A stretch of 64,000 bases of DNA, taken from Mytilus edulis (taxonomy: Eukaryota). How positions within the stretch are numbered: the first letter of the stretch is position 1; every line of letters starts with the position of its first letter. Shown in pieces: positions 26,700-39,261 of the stretch. Location: positions 60,698,001-60,762,000 of the forward strand of contig NC_092344.1 in assembly GCF_963676685.1 (NCBI RefSeq), given 5' to 3'. The notes beneath the pieces were generated by a model. It ran no database searches. It saw nothing but the letters and a program-made list of their open reading frames with translations, and was not told where the DNA came from. The translations under genes and the position numbers were made by a program.

Positions 26700-26885
26700 G
26701 CGTGTCAGCTTATCAAATACTACGGAATAAAAGTTTCTTGTCAGCACAATGTATCAGGAAGGATAACTCTATTTTGATAACAAGGACGTATTGTGTATCA
26801 CGAAATTAGGTAGTAGGTTTATCCATACTTTCATTACTTTAAACTTTCATGTTTACCTTAAACCACCGCGAATTAAACGTTTCAT
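26700..26885 (+). promoter_or_regulatory. Putative promoter and non-coding exon 1 of TIR-ZnF gene A
   Basis: Conserved with 39040-39261 and 42130-42368 (AGCTTATCAAATACTAC, CAGGAAGGATAACTCTA, TTTCATTACTTTA). Ends in a GTAAGT donor at 26886. Confidence 0.55.
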
Positions 26886-27236
26886 GTAAGTATATCAATA
26901 TATTATCTTTTTGTTTAAATATTTGTTGTTATTTTATAGAATAATTTATTTTTGGTTAGAATTCGATTGTTACATAGATACGACGTAGATGTCTTTAGTT
27001 TTGTGTGTGGTTACGTTGTTTTAAAAATAAGAATTGAATGATAAAATCAGATTTAGACAATCAATTGAAAACATTGTTTTGTTACAAGGACTTAAGATTT
27101 ACCAAGAATTTTTTTACCAAACTTGTAGATCTGTTAAAAGACACAAACTTTAAGAACTTTTTGAGAGTACAAAGTTATGTCTGTACTTTCCCTCCTGTTG
27201 ACATTTTCATGACAATTTTAGATAAACACAGACACC

Positions 27237-27699
27237 ATGAAAAGTAAATGGAAAAACTTTCTTAACCTTCAAGACAAAGAATACCATGTTTTTGCCAATT
27301 ATAGTGAAGATGACGGTGAATTGGTAAGCAAGTTGTTGCAGCCCTTCGAGAATAGAAATTGTTTGTTCTACAATCCTGATCGAGATGGGTTACCAGGTCT
27401 ACCAATCATGCGCGGTCTTATCGAAAAAGGAATGGAACAGTCCAAGATTACCATGCTTTTTATTACGAAGAAATTTTTGTCTGATGAGTTGTGTATGTTT
27501 ATGGCCAATCTTGCTATTTGGAAGTACATGAAAACGAAAGGAATTCATCGTGTTTTACCAATCATCCTTCAACCATGTAAAATACCAAGATATCTGAAAG
27601 TCTTAAACTGTATTCATGTCTGGAAATACGCAACTACTAGATCAAGTCATATGTTGTACAAGACGCAAGCCATCACTCGGTTAACGAAAGCCATGCTAG
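27237..27699 (+). CDS. Gene A TIR-domain exon
   Basis: Acceptor TTTTAG ends at 27221, ATG in ACACCATG context, donor CTAG/GTAAT at 27700. Confidence 0.9.
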
Positions 27700-30600
27700 G
27701 TAATATTTCTAATACACTCTGTTTGATTATATCATACTATTTTCATTTTTACTGAATGTATACCCTGTCTATCATAGTGAGTGCACGTTATATTTTCTGG
27801 TCGTTACGTCTGTTCATGTATGTCCCTTACCAGGTCAACAGTCTGGTTTAAGTGGAAATTAGTGTGTGTTATTGTAGTAAGTTGGTTTTAAGCGGAATGA
27901 TAATTACATCAACTTGTAACTTACAGCACATGTACATGCTAATGGGTTTTACAAAAAAAGATACATGATAAGTTGGGGCTGAACCAAGATTTCGCAGCTC
28001 ACAACGAATCCAAGAATCATTAAGGAACAACGAATGCGATATGGTGACTGAGGATAATGTCGTATGGGTATAGATTTTTGTTTATTACTTAATTTTTCAA
28101 AAGACTTATTAGTTATTTGCTGAGATTGTTTCATATATATATTTTTTATCTATCAAAGTCGCGAGAATATCTAATCATCAATAAAGATCGAGATTACACA
28201 CCACCTTTTTTCTGAAATTTTCAATTTCATATAAAAAAATATTGCCACTACACATAAGAAATAATTATCTCAATAAGCCTTATGAATAGACTGACGATAA
28301 AAATTCCAATCATATCATCAGGGGAATAATCAGTTTCTGTGTTTGTTTGATCAAACTTAAATAAAAACTGTTAGCGGGATTCGTAATTGCGTTTAAATTA
28401 TGATGAACAGTTGAAATATTCTAATCGTTTTTTTTTATACTAATTTTTTATTCTAATGTATTTTTTAAAATATGACACTGATATGAATTTATAACTTGAT
28501 TGTATATACATGTTATTGTTTGTCTTGTTTGGTTTCTGTCTCTTTGACATGTACAAATCAGCATCTTTTATTCGTTTTGTTTTAAAGATTATTAGGTTTA
28601 AGTACACTAGAAAAGGGAAGTAATGAAGAAACATGATAAAATAGGTACTTTGCATAACAAAGTATCTACTTCGCATAGAGATAGTGTACCAAAGGAGTAG
28701 GTCCGGTAAGGACCGATTTTGGCCTCAAATTTCAGGTTCCTCTAACGAAAGTTTTTGGATACTTTTTAAACACTTAAGTGTCTATTTCAATTGATTCGAT
28801 TAGTTTATGTGAACAATTTTAACTGATTTAGTCATTAAAAACGCTCTGATTCAAGCTTAAATATGAAAAATCTATCAAATATGTCAAAAAACGTTACTTT
28901 TCAGATGGTTTTTGTCAAAAATGAAAGTAGCCGCATCCGTGTTCATCCTCAACCTTTATATATATTTTGTATTATCATCAAATACAACTTACATTTCAAT
29001 ATTATGAATGAACACGAATGCGGCCACTTTCATTTTAGACGAAAACCGTCTAAAAATTAACCAAAATGCTTAAATTTTGAAGATTTCAGTAATTTAGCAT
29101 GACTTAATGATGCTAGTACGCGATATGTGTGCATTGTATTGTCAAAAAAAGCTCATATTTATGTAGCAGCATTTTACTTTCCAAAATATAGCTTAAAGAT
29201 TACATTTTCACAATTTTGTAAAACTGCTATATTTTGGGGCCAAAAAGGGGTCTTACTGAACCTACTCCTTTAAATACTATCGATTACTTGATAACAGTCC
29301 AAAAGGTATAGATCCTCAATGCTCTTCAACTTTGTATTTGTTTGTCTTTATAACGTTTTTGATCTGAGCGCCACTGACGAGTCTTATGTAGACGAAACGC
29401 GCGTCTTGCGTATGAAATTATAATCCTGGTACCTTTGATAACTATACTGTACACAAAATAGGACATAATGTAATAGCGTAAATACGGAAACACGAAACAT
29501 AAATAAGAAACCATAGTTCATTATTATGAAAGCACATCCTGGGCCATGAAAATTAATCCATACAATATAACAAGATAATTGCATAATATATCAATCGACC
29601 ACAAGATGTCATGAAATAGGAAACATATTATATCAAAACAAATGTACTAAAGTTTCAAATAGCCAAGGTACATAGAACAAAGCATGGTCTTTAAAAATAC
29701 TTTGTATAATAAATGAAAATAGAGAATGCGGAAGTTGAATATATTAAATTGGGTTGTATACTTTTTGTGAAGGTCGAAAGACTTTGGTTGAAAACAAAAT
29801 TTAATGCAAATTCTTTTAATGTTCCAACAAAATGTTGGCAGGTCCTGAAAAGGAGGGGGGGAATTCAACCGAACAACTACATAGTAACAGGTGCATAGTT
29901 CTATCTGTCACGTTTAAAGGATCTGGATTGAAACTTTACGATGAGTTATTTACACACAATAAGCAATTTCTGTGGTAAATTTTCCTGAAAAAAATATTTT
30001 CAAATTCTCCAAATTTGGGGAATAGAAAAAAATCATAAAAACAATTCCATATAAACAAATGATGATTATCAACAAGTGCGTAATCGTTCTGTGAAGTGTC
30101 ATGGATCTGGATTAAAAACTGTATGAATAGGTGATAACACTAAATAGGTTCCCATTTTCCCCCGCCAGATCGACCTGGCCAAAACAAAATGTTATTACAA
30201 ACTTCACTACATGCGTTTAATACAAGTGTCAAACAAGTTTTGTAGCTTGTTGTTTTTGCTTTGATTTTGTGATCATGAAGTGTCTGAGTGTGGTATTTGA
30301 GCGCTTTGTTGATTTGCGTAACTACACCTCAATCACCAAACTTTTTATTGCTGCTTATACGTTTTATCTTCAACCAATACTGATTTAAAACATATTGACT
30401 ATGAACAATTTAAAAAATATTAGCCTCCGTAGGTTTCGTAGATAAAAGACGAATAATTTATATTGAAGTCAAGTTTTGCCAAAACTAAATAGATATGGTT
30501 TTATCAATATTAAAGCAAATGGACGGGAATCATGCTGAATACTTTGTTGAATGATGGGGTAGTCATTTTAAGAAGGTTTTTAATTATTAAGTGTCGGCTT

Positions 30601-33600
30601 GCGTTAGTCTTGCCATACAAAACTTTCAAGTAAGTACTTATGGAAACTATGCATACCAAATCTTAAGAGTTTTACACCATTTTTTATTACATTTCTTGAT
30701 TTTTGCAGTTTTTATTTTATTTTATTTTAGACCCACCACCAAAATTTAGACGAATAAGATGGAATGGAATAAAAACACTGACGTGGACACATAATATTGT
30801 GGAAAAAGTAAAGAAATCGGCTTTGAAAGAAAAGGCTTCAAATCAGTCAATACACAACATCAATCTATTTCAACTATGGCGATTAATAGGTGTATTAAAA
30901 CATTGCTTTCTAAACTGCCGGTACGGTCATTGTTCATTTGCTTGCAGTGGAAGAGAATTCACCAGATTTATAAGCCATGCAGAAAGATGCAGATATAGAC
31001 CAATCAAGTGTCCAAACAAATCTTGCCAGACTTTCCTCCCGAAGTGGTGTGTCGATAAACATGTGGAAGAGTGTCCACTAACCAGGCTAACGTGTCCATC
31101 AGTTGGATGTGGAAAGGAAATCATAAGATATCAAATAGAACAACACTTGTTTAAATGTCAACATCGCACTATTTTGTGTCCGAACCACCATTACGGATGT
31201 GACCAACGACTTACACAAAAGGACGCCTTCAAACATTCTGAGACCTGTTTGTTTGCTTCATTTCTTTGCAATAAATGTGGTCAAATAATAATAAAAAAAG
31301 ACATACATGAACATGAAAAGTATTGTATAAAGTCTGAAACAAAATGCAAGCTTTGTAAAAAGACGATGCTTCGTGAAGAAGAGCTTTTTCACTTGGACGT
31401 TTGCGAAATGGTGGTAGTCTCTTGTCCAAACATAGGATGTGGAATAACAATTGCCAGGCACAAAATTTCACAACACAAGTCAAAATGCTTACTCACGAAT
31501 ATCTGTTGTCCAAATTCTGAAAGAGGATGTAACGCCAGAGATAAAAGAATGAGTATACAAAATCATACTGCATGGTGTCCATTTCGACTCTCAGAGTGTG
31601 AGTTTTGTGGGAGAAAATTGATTTTCAAGAAACTTAATTTCCACATTAAAAACTGTCAGACGAAGAAGACATGTCCATTATGCGGATCGTCCTTTCCTAG
31701 GTTAAGATATTTTAATGCAGGCTACGAAAAGGCAAATCGTAAAAATGAACAAATAAAATCATGACCGAAATAAAAAGTATACACAGAAATTAAACGATAC
31801 AAATCGTATCATGTATTTGGAAGGGTAAACTGTTCCTGTTCTAAAGGGTTTAATGTGTTAAATTGTTGACCACTGCTGAAAAATGTGTTGTTAATAAGGA
31901 TTGTATATCTAACTTAAATACTATTTTAAATAACATGTAAAAGACTTATTGTCCCTGTTTACAATCATGTCCGGTCTAAATAAGGATATGTGTTCAATTT
32001 AATCAAAATTAAACATAAGATTTAGATCTCGAGGTTATGGGTCAATGTAAAACAGTTGTATGCCCTCTGCTCTTTGTGGTGTCATTGTCCATTTCTAGAA
32101 CTTTCAATAATAATGAATTATTTTGTACTTTTGGAATTTCTTTGTAGGTCAACTTGGGAAACTCACGAGCGTACGTGTCAAAGGAATAACAGGCGTCAAT
32201 GTGCTGGCGTTTATCCTGTGAGAACTGACACATTAGAAGACAACAAAAAGTTATGTACGGAGCATGATTACACTCCTACAGTAGTAAGTCTTCTGTATTA
32301 TCCATTTGTGAAAGTGAAAATGCATAGAAGCGGTCATAACTTTATACCAAAGTGAACAAACCTTTTTTTAATTTCGGGTGTGCTATGTGAAATGACAGGA
32401 GTCTACCTAAAGTTGAGTAGGAATTTTATTTATCGCTATTAGTTTAGCTGAACGTTAAAAACAAATGTTTTAATAATATATTTACATGTAAATAAACTGT
32501 CTTTAAAAGTGTCAACATGCCATCATTTGAAAATATTCCTATTTTAAAGTGTCGACCTGCCGATTTGCCGACCACTAAATACATAGGTATTTACTTCATT
32601 TTTTCGTTCAAAATTGACTACTTTTTATATTGATGACTATTAACTGATTAAATTTTGAAATATTCCAAGAACTATTGACTTGAATACAAGAAGATTAACG
32701 ATGCATGTGAGACATCGGGTGTTCTGTCTTTATGTTTTTAATTTACAGGAGCAACCTGGTTCATATTTACCTGATGGTCCAGCATATTCTCCTCAACATG
32801 AACAGCCACCAAAAAGTAAGAACAGTTTTAATTAATTTACAGTCTTCTTCTATTTTGTTATGAATAGAAACAGCAATTTAAACTTAAATGAAAATGATTT
32901 TCATGTCCACCACAAATTTGAAGCGTCTTGTGACTTCCCTCTTTCCCATAGGAAATTGAGCAATAGTAAATGACTGTTCCAAGTTGGGAACTTCTCAAAT
33001 GGTCGTCTTTTGTTATAATATCCTCTAAATGTTATGTTTTTAACCAAAATCTGATAGTTCCTGTTTGTTTTATTTTATATTTAAGAATTGTGTGCGATTA
33101 AGAACTACACAATGTATTGACAATTAACTGGTTCTCATCAGTTGGCGTCCGTCGTCTGTCGTCGTCGGTAACTTCAACAAAAATCTCTAAAATTACTGGT
33201 AAAATTTTACCATTAGTTTTCAAAATGTGGTCAACGAACCCTCCTGCCAACCGACATAGTCGACATGGCTTAAAATGGAACAAAGATTCAAAATGCAAGA
33301 TCAGTTAATTATCTTGAAAACTGCTATAAATAGAAGGAAAAAAAGGGCTGAAAGATTCAGAATGTTGATATCTACCTGCTAGTCACTAACGTCTAAACTG
33401 TCAGACGACGTTTTATAGGAGTTATCATCCTTGAAGGTTACATTTTACCATTCATTATATATTTGTGTATATCAAAATATAATTAAGACAGAAATAATTT
33501 AATTGGGATGAAGAATCACAAAGACAAGATCTTCATAAAAACTAAACATGGCCATAATAACAAGACCACTCCACATTGAAGTAATTGCCCTTCAATGACA

Positions 33601-34349
33601 GTTTTTTTAAACCTTTTTTGATAATTTAAAAGCATAAATTTTTAAAAATCAACAATCACTTGCAGGACAAAATTCATTAACATGTTAACATCTTGAAGAT
33701 CTAGTTGCGCAACACAGGCTCTTTAGAGTATGTAGCTAATAATTATTTGAAACTAAAAGGAATCGTACTATAATTGTTTTCTCAACATTAGCTTATGCCC
33801 ATTTAATATTTTTACTTTCATAACAGATTCACTCGTCAGTTCAGTAAGTTCGAGGGGAATTTATCGTACAAATTGTGACTCAAATACATGTTTTAATAAT
33901 TTGTATGAAAAGTGTTCATACAAATTAATCTATAAGGGATCTGAACGTAAAATGTATCCACATTTTCCACACCATTTTAGATCTTCATATTCTTCCTACA
34001 TAATTTTTTCATTTAAATTGAAAATCCGATTTATATACATGATAATTAAACGAGGTGTAGGCATAACTTCAGCTACGCAAAATCACAAAACCCCAAGGTA
34101 AAGATCACCATCATAAGTTTTATACGACTAGATTGCAATTAAATTATTTTAGGTGATCCTAAAGACAATCATCATTCTACTTATGGAAAAAGTACAGTTT
34201 CAATTCTATGGCGAACAAGAACAAGTAGTGGCTGTTCAGAAAATGGTGGACCTCAGACCTTGGAAGATTTTCTAAAAGAAATTCTCCGCACGAATATTAA
34301 TTTGAATTCGTTCGTCGAAAAGAAACGAAAAGCTGGATTCCAACATTAA
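27237..34349 (+). CDS. TIR-domain + TRAF-type zinc-finger array protein, paralogue A (about 610 aa); join(27237-27699,30731-31700,32148-32283,32749-32815,34153-34349)
   Basis: All junctions GT-AG with consistent phases (1,2,0,1); 1833 nt open to TAA. TIR motifs YHVFANYSEDD, DRDGLPG, RVLPIILQPC; 10 C-x2/4/6-C..H-x3-C fingers. Same exon structure as paralogue B. Confidence 0.85.
28693..29269. mobile_element. Kolobok-like MITE in a gene A intron
   Basis: TIRs AGGAGTAGGTCCGGTAAGGACC / GGTCTTACTGAACCTACTCCT. A decayed half-copy lies at about 47440-47705. Confidence 0.7.
29367..29411 (+). ncRNA. Minimal type I hammerhead ribozyme (retrozyme fragment, about 29322-29445)
   Basis: GCGCCA-CTGACGA-GTCT(TATGT)AGAC-GAAA-C(GCGC)G-TC^-TTGCGT: intact catalytic core, 4-bp stem II, palindromic minimal stem III, one mismatch in stem I. 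Confidence 0.75.
30731..31700 (+). CDS. Gene A TRAF-type zinc-finger exon (970 nt)
   Basis: Acceptor TTTTAG ends at 30730, donor CCTAG/GTTAAG. Nine complete fingers plus the first half of finger 10. Confidence 0.9.
32148..32283 (+). CDS. Gene A exon (end of finger 10, degenerate finger 11)
   Basis: TTTGTAG acceptor, STWETHERTC.., donor GTAAGT at 32284. Homologous to 46742-46895. Confidence 0.8.
32749..32815 (+). CDS. Gene A small Pro-rich exon
   Basis: TTTACAG / GTAAG, phase 0 to 1, EQPGSYLPDGPAYSPQHEQPPK. Confidence 0.65.
34153..34349 (+). CDS. Gene A terminal exon
   Basis: TTTTAG acceptor. ENGGPQTLEDFLKEIL aligns with B DDGGPESMEAYVAAIM. TAA at 34347-34349. Confidence 0.7.
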
Positions 34350-35455
34350 ACATTTACATCTACAAGAACACTCTTCTTTGTGATGTTTTTAAGACAGGTC
34401 GTAGACGCAAGAATTTATTATGCCAACACAATGAAACAATTTGTATTAACTGTCCTTGAGTTTATCTTTTGTAATGTTAAGTGTAACTGATGCCAATCAT
34501 TAAACGTTTCTTGATAGAACTGAAAAATAGTGATTCAAATTTAACCGTATATCGTACATAAGTCAATAATGTCTTGTGAAACATACATCGTGAACGTTTG
34601 GGAGCAATATTTTTAATCATATGCATAATTATAAAGTTTCGAAACCCATAATCAAAGAAAACTACCAAAATATTGGCCTGTTAAGCGCAGGATAAATATG
34701 TAAATTTACCCTGCCAAGTACACTCTGTTTTTTAAAATGTATATCTGTTTTGTATCGATCTAATTGCGTTTAATACCTTTCAACTATTTAAAGTGTGTTC
34801 TCGTTTGTACTGTTACGTCACTGTCCCAGGATAGGAGAAATGTTGACGCTCATAAGAACTAATTTAACTTCGCAACATTCTGATTCTGCCCAAGTCATGA
34901 GCCTCTAACTCAGTAATTGTCGTTTGTTTTATATCATATTTGTTTTTTATTCATTTTAAAATATATATAAATAAGGGCGTTATTTTTCTCGTTTGAATTG
35001 TTTTACATTTGTCATTTCCAGACGTTTTATAGTTGACTATGCTGTATAAGTTTTACAAATTATTGAATGCCATACGGATATGTTAATGTCTATGTCATTA
35101 AGTCTCTGGTGAAAGGTTGACTCATTGGCATTGATGCCATATCTTCTAATTCTTATAATGACTAAGGATTTCAGTGTATCTGTATAAATTTGATTAACTT
35201 ATGTCTCATCCCTTTTGCATATTTAAGCAAATGAAAGATGTCTAAACTGAACTAATCAAAGAGTTATTGTTAATTAAAGACCTTTTTACCAATGTTTTGC
35301 AGTCTTGTTTGTTCCGATCATTTGATCTGTAATAGATTAAGCAATCAGCAAAAAATACTTTCAAGGCAAATAATACTTCATACAGGAGTTAAAGCTCTTG
35401 AATGTCGATTTTCGTCAATTTTGGAGTAAAATTCTTAATTGATTGGTAAATATAG

Positions 35456-36519
35456 AAACAAGAGTGCACACACTGAAATGTCTCGCCTTCTTAACTAATC
35501 ATTGATATTATGTTAATGGTCCTAAATATAAAGCTTTATTACAACTATCATAAAAACTTAACCAAGAAACTAAACATTGACCAATGAACCATGAAAATGA
35601 GGTCAAGGTCATATGAACCATGCCAGACAGGCATGTACAGCTAACAGTTCTTCCATACAAATATAGTTGACCTATTGCTTATAGTTTAAGAAAAACAGAC
35701 CAAAACACAAAAAATTAACACTGAGCAAAGAACGGTGAAAATGAGGTCAAGGTCAAATAAAACCCGTACGACTAATATGTAGATCATAAAATATTTCCAT
35801 ACACCAAATATAGCTGACCTATTGCAATTAGTATTTGAAAAAAAGAACAAAACTCAAAAACTTAACTTTGACAACTGAACCATGAAAATGAGGTCAAGGT
35901 CAGATGACACCTGCCAGTTAGACATGTACACCTTTCAATCATTCCATACACCAAATATAGTAGACCTATTGCATACAGTATAAAAAAAATAGACCAAAAC
36001 ACATCAACTTAACTATAACCACTGAACCATGAAAATGAGGTCAAGGTCAGATAACATCTGCCAGTTGGACATGTACACCGAATATACTAAACCTGTTGCT
36101 TATAGTATCTGAGATAAGGACTTGCCCACCAAAACTTAACCTTGTTCACTGATCCATTAAAATGAGGTCGAGGTCAAGTGAAAACTGTATGAAATGCATG
36201 AGGACCTTGCAAGATACGCACATACCAAATATAGTTATCCTATTACTTATAATTAGAGAGAATTTAACATTACAAAAAATCTGATTTTTTTTTCAAGTAT
36301 TCACTGAACCATGAAAATGAGGTCAAGGACATTGGACATGTGACTGACAGAAACTTCGTAACATGAGGCATCCATATACAAAGTATGAAGCATCCGGGTC
36401 TTTCACTTTCTTAAATATAAAGCTTTAAGGAAGTTAGCTAACGCCGCCGCCGCCGTAACTGCCGGATCAATATCCCTATGTCATGCTTTCGGCAACAAAA
36501 GTTGAACACTCGACAAAAA
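35456..36519 (-). mobile_element. HINE with about 146-bp internal satellite
   Basis: AAACAAGAG end, repeats of ATGAAAATGAGGTCAAGGTCA, (GCC)n, A-run end. Absent at the homologous site near 40775. Confidence 0.8.
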
Positions 36520-37690
36520 TCATCAACAAACTAAGATCGGCAATTCAGTCAACATGGCTTAATTGTCAGCTAATTCCGGATATAAGACATTGCTCTGAAT
36601 TTTTGCCTGTTTCACTTTTTGTGTATGTACATGTAATATGCATAGTCAATGAGATAAAATATTGTTACTTAATGTTGCTTGTTTTCTTTTTATGTATTGT
36701 ATGTATTTCCCCGGCAATTAATGCTGTTTATCATTTGTCTTATTGTAAAATTGTGTTCGTTGCTATAGCATATATAATGCTTTCTGCAATAAAGTATTCA
36801 TTAATTCATACAAGCAGTTCATCTACTTTATTTATAGACTGTCAACATTGAGGTTGTTAGTTTGAACCTAGCTCATGACAAGATCGAACTTCGATATTAT
36901 TTGACTTGGAATGCCAGGTTTCATGCTGAATGTTGGTTGTTTCTTCTGGTCACTCCGACGTCTTCTACCATGTGTATATTGAATATATGGATTAAATTGA
37001 AATGTGAAAAATCAACAAGTACATGGTTTGTTCAATGCTTGGGAAAGTACAACATGTACAAAAAAGACTTTAAATTTTAATTATGCATGTTGAACACCTG
37101 TAGCTTTGAATAAAAAAATCACACTGTTTGATGAGCCAGGCACTTACAGAGTTTATAATTTGGTCAGATGATAATTATGCATATGCAATATTCAATTTAA
37201 ACGTAAACCATTATCGGTAAATGCGTTCACAGCACCACATAATGGTTCCTATCCGAAAGGGTGTGTCATACCATTGTCATCAATATAAAGATGGTTTTGT
37301 CCTGCTACAAATATAGAGATATCAAATACCATGTCCCATCTTCATTAGCTATGACCTCTTCATCAGATTGATATTGCACCATCACTTAAATATTTACTAC
37401 AGATTTAAAGAATCAGGGTGTAGAACTGTATCCTGACCCTCCCAAGCTAGCCACCATCGGCTTGTAAAGTCATACTTAAACGTAATAGTTATAGTAAATG
37501 TATGTGAACTTTATTGTGTGGAATCTGAGTTTACGGCGAACCAAAGGACATCGTATAGTTGAAAACAAGGAAAAAGAATGTTAAAACACAATAACCTATT
37601 GACGAAATCATAAAAAGATAGACAAAACAAGCAACTGTAGTATACCGATCTTTTAGAAGACATAAGTCGATTGAGGGAAAACGAAGATAT

Positions 37691-39040
37691 GTTATAGTTA
37701 TTGACCAAGCAAGTCGGTATATGTCATTTAATCTGCACAGCACGAGATGACTCAATAACCCGAACGACGTAGGAGTTCGGGTATTCGGTCATCTCGTAAT
37801 GTGCAGATTGAATTACATATACCGATTTGATTGGCCAATAACTGTTGTAACACATGACGCAATGAATTTACGTGAACGTTTTAGAAATGTGGACGTTATT
37901 CTGCAATCCATGGGTCATAGGAAAGTTTCTTATAGGGTAAAGAAAGGGGGAAATACGACTTTGGTAAGTTTTAAATTAATCTTTTTTTATATTTAGACTC
38001 ATTCTAAAATAGCGATTTAATGGTATATGTTTTTAATCGTTTCCGTTAATTTATTCCCAATTTTTATTTAAATGGTGACGATTAAGACTTTGATAAATTG
38101 TGTACTTTCAAATCGGTGTATGAAAAAAACATAGCTGCAAGGGTTATTGAGTTTGAATAAGATTAATTGCTTTTGAATTTCTTTCCATCAATGATATGCT
38201 TAAAAGAACCGAGGAAGATGTAGTATTACCTAAATTTAAAATGTTAAATAAACAGAAAATACGTTTCTCTTTCAAAACCTTTTTCTCCCCGCAACCCCCC
38301 ACCCAATTTGTTTTAATCTACTGTATTACTTTTTAAGACACGTCCATTTAAATGAAGTCTGATTGGTCTCCAGCTAATGACCCTGTTTTAAAACAAACTT
38401 AAATATGATCCTCATTAAATCCGATCCAAAAATAGTCTCATTATAGGAATAATTATTCAAAAAGTCGTTATAAATTCAATTGAGTCTGAACCTAATCCAA
38501 ATCAGATTTCTTTTATTCGGACATTCTTAGATACATTTCCCTTATTGCAGAAATTACCAAAAATTGTTAAACTATCTTTCTAACTTTAAAACACTGATTT
38601 AGATTTACGTTGAACACAAAATATAATAAAATAGTTTATTTCCCAGCTTTGATAAAAAAAAAAAAAAAGGAATGAGAAACATATCTTTTTACCTATTTTG
38701 AAACTACGATGTTTGTACGAAGTTCAACTTTGTCGTAATTTCAAGGCAGATGGCGGATTCGGGGGTGGGGGCGAACGGTTCGTTTACCCTTGGATTGGAC
38801 AAAGTATCGTGTTTAAGCTTAAAATCGTCAATAGTGTCTTTAGTCTCGCTACACTCGGTGATATTTTTTTTAATTTGATAGAATAACGCCCCTTTCAAAA
38901 TCCAGGAACCGTCCCTAAGGATAAAAATAGATTTGAACTGTGCAGTATATCTGAGGTAGTTAATGCACACCTTTGCTGTGCATTATCCAGATTATAGCAC
39001 AGTAAAACAAAGAGATTTTACTCTTGCCATGTGTTAAATA
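37691..39040. mobile_element. Insertion of about 1.35 kb starting with a 160-bp hairpin (37691-37851)
   Basis: Absent from the homologous site at about 42125, which reads AAAGATATATATGTATAATGAC. Confidence 0.65.
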
Positions 39041-39261
39041 TGTATAATGACTCTCATTTATACATTTACAGCTTTTGAGCTTATCAAATACTACAAAATG
39101 ATAAATTTCTCATCTGTTCAGTGTACCAGGAAGGATAACTCTATACTATTTTAACAACTAGGAAGTGTTAAGGATATCCCATTTGGTGGTTGGTTAATTC
39201 AGGTTTTCATTACTTTAGTCTTTCATTTTGATCAAAAACGACCTCGGATGAAACTAGTATT
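39040..39261 (+). promoter_or_regulatory. Orphan duplicate of the gene B promoter and exon 1
   Basis: Near-identical to 42130-42368, with donor GTAAGT at 39262. It is followed by intron-1 homology to about 39900 but no TIR exon. Confidence 0.65.

Noticed and set aside
27700-27755. Single-exon TIR-only proteins as given by the ORF track (27237-27755, 43172-43750)
   Set aside because: A/B similarity ends at a shared GT donor, so the extensions are intron read-through.
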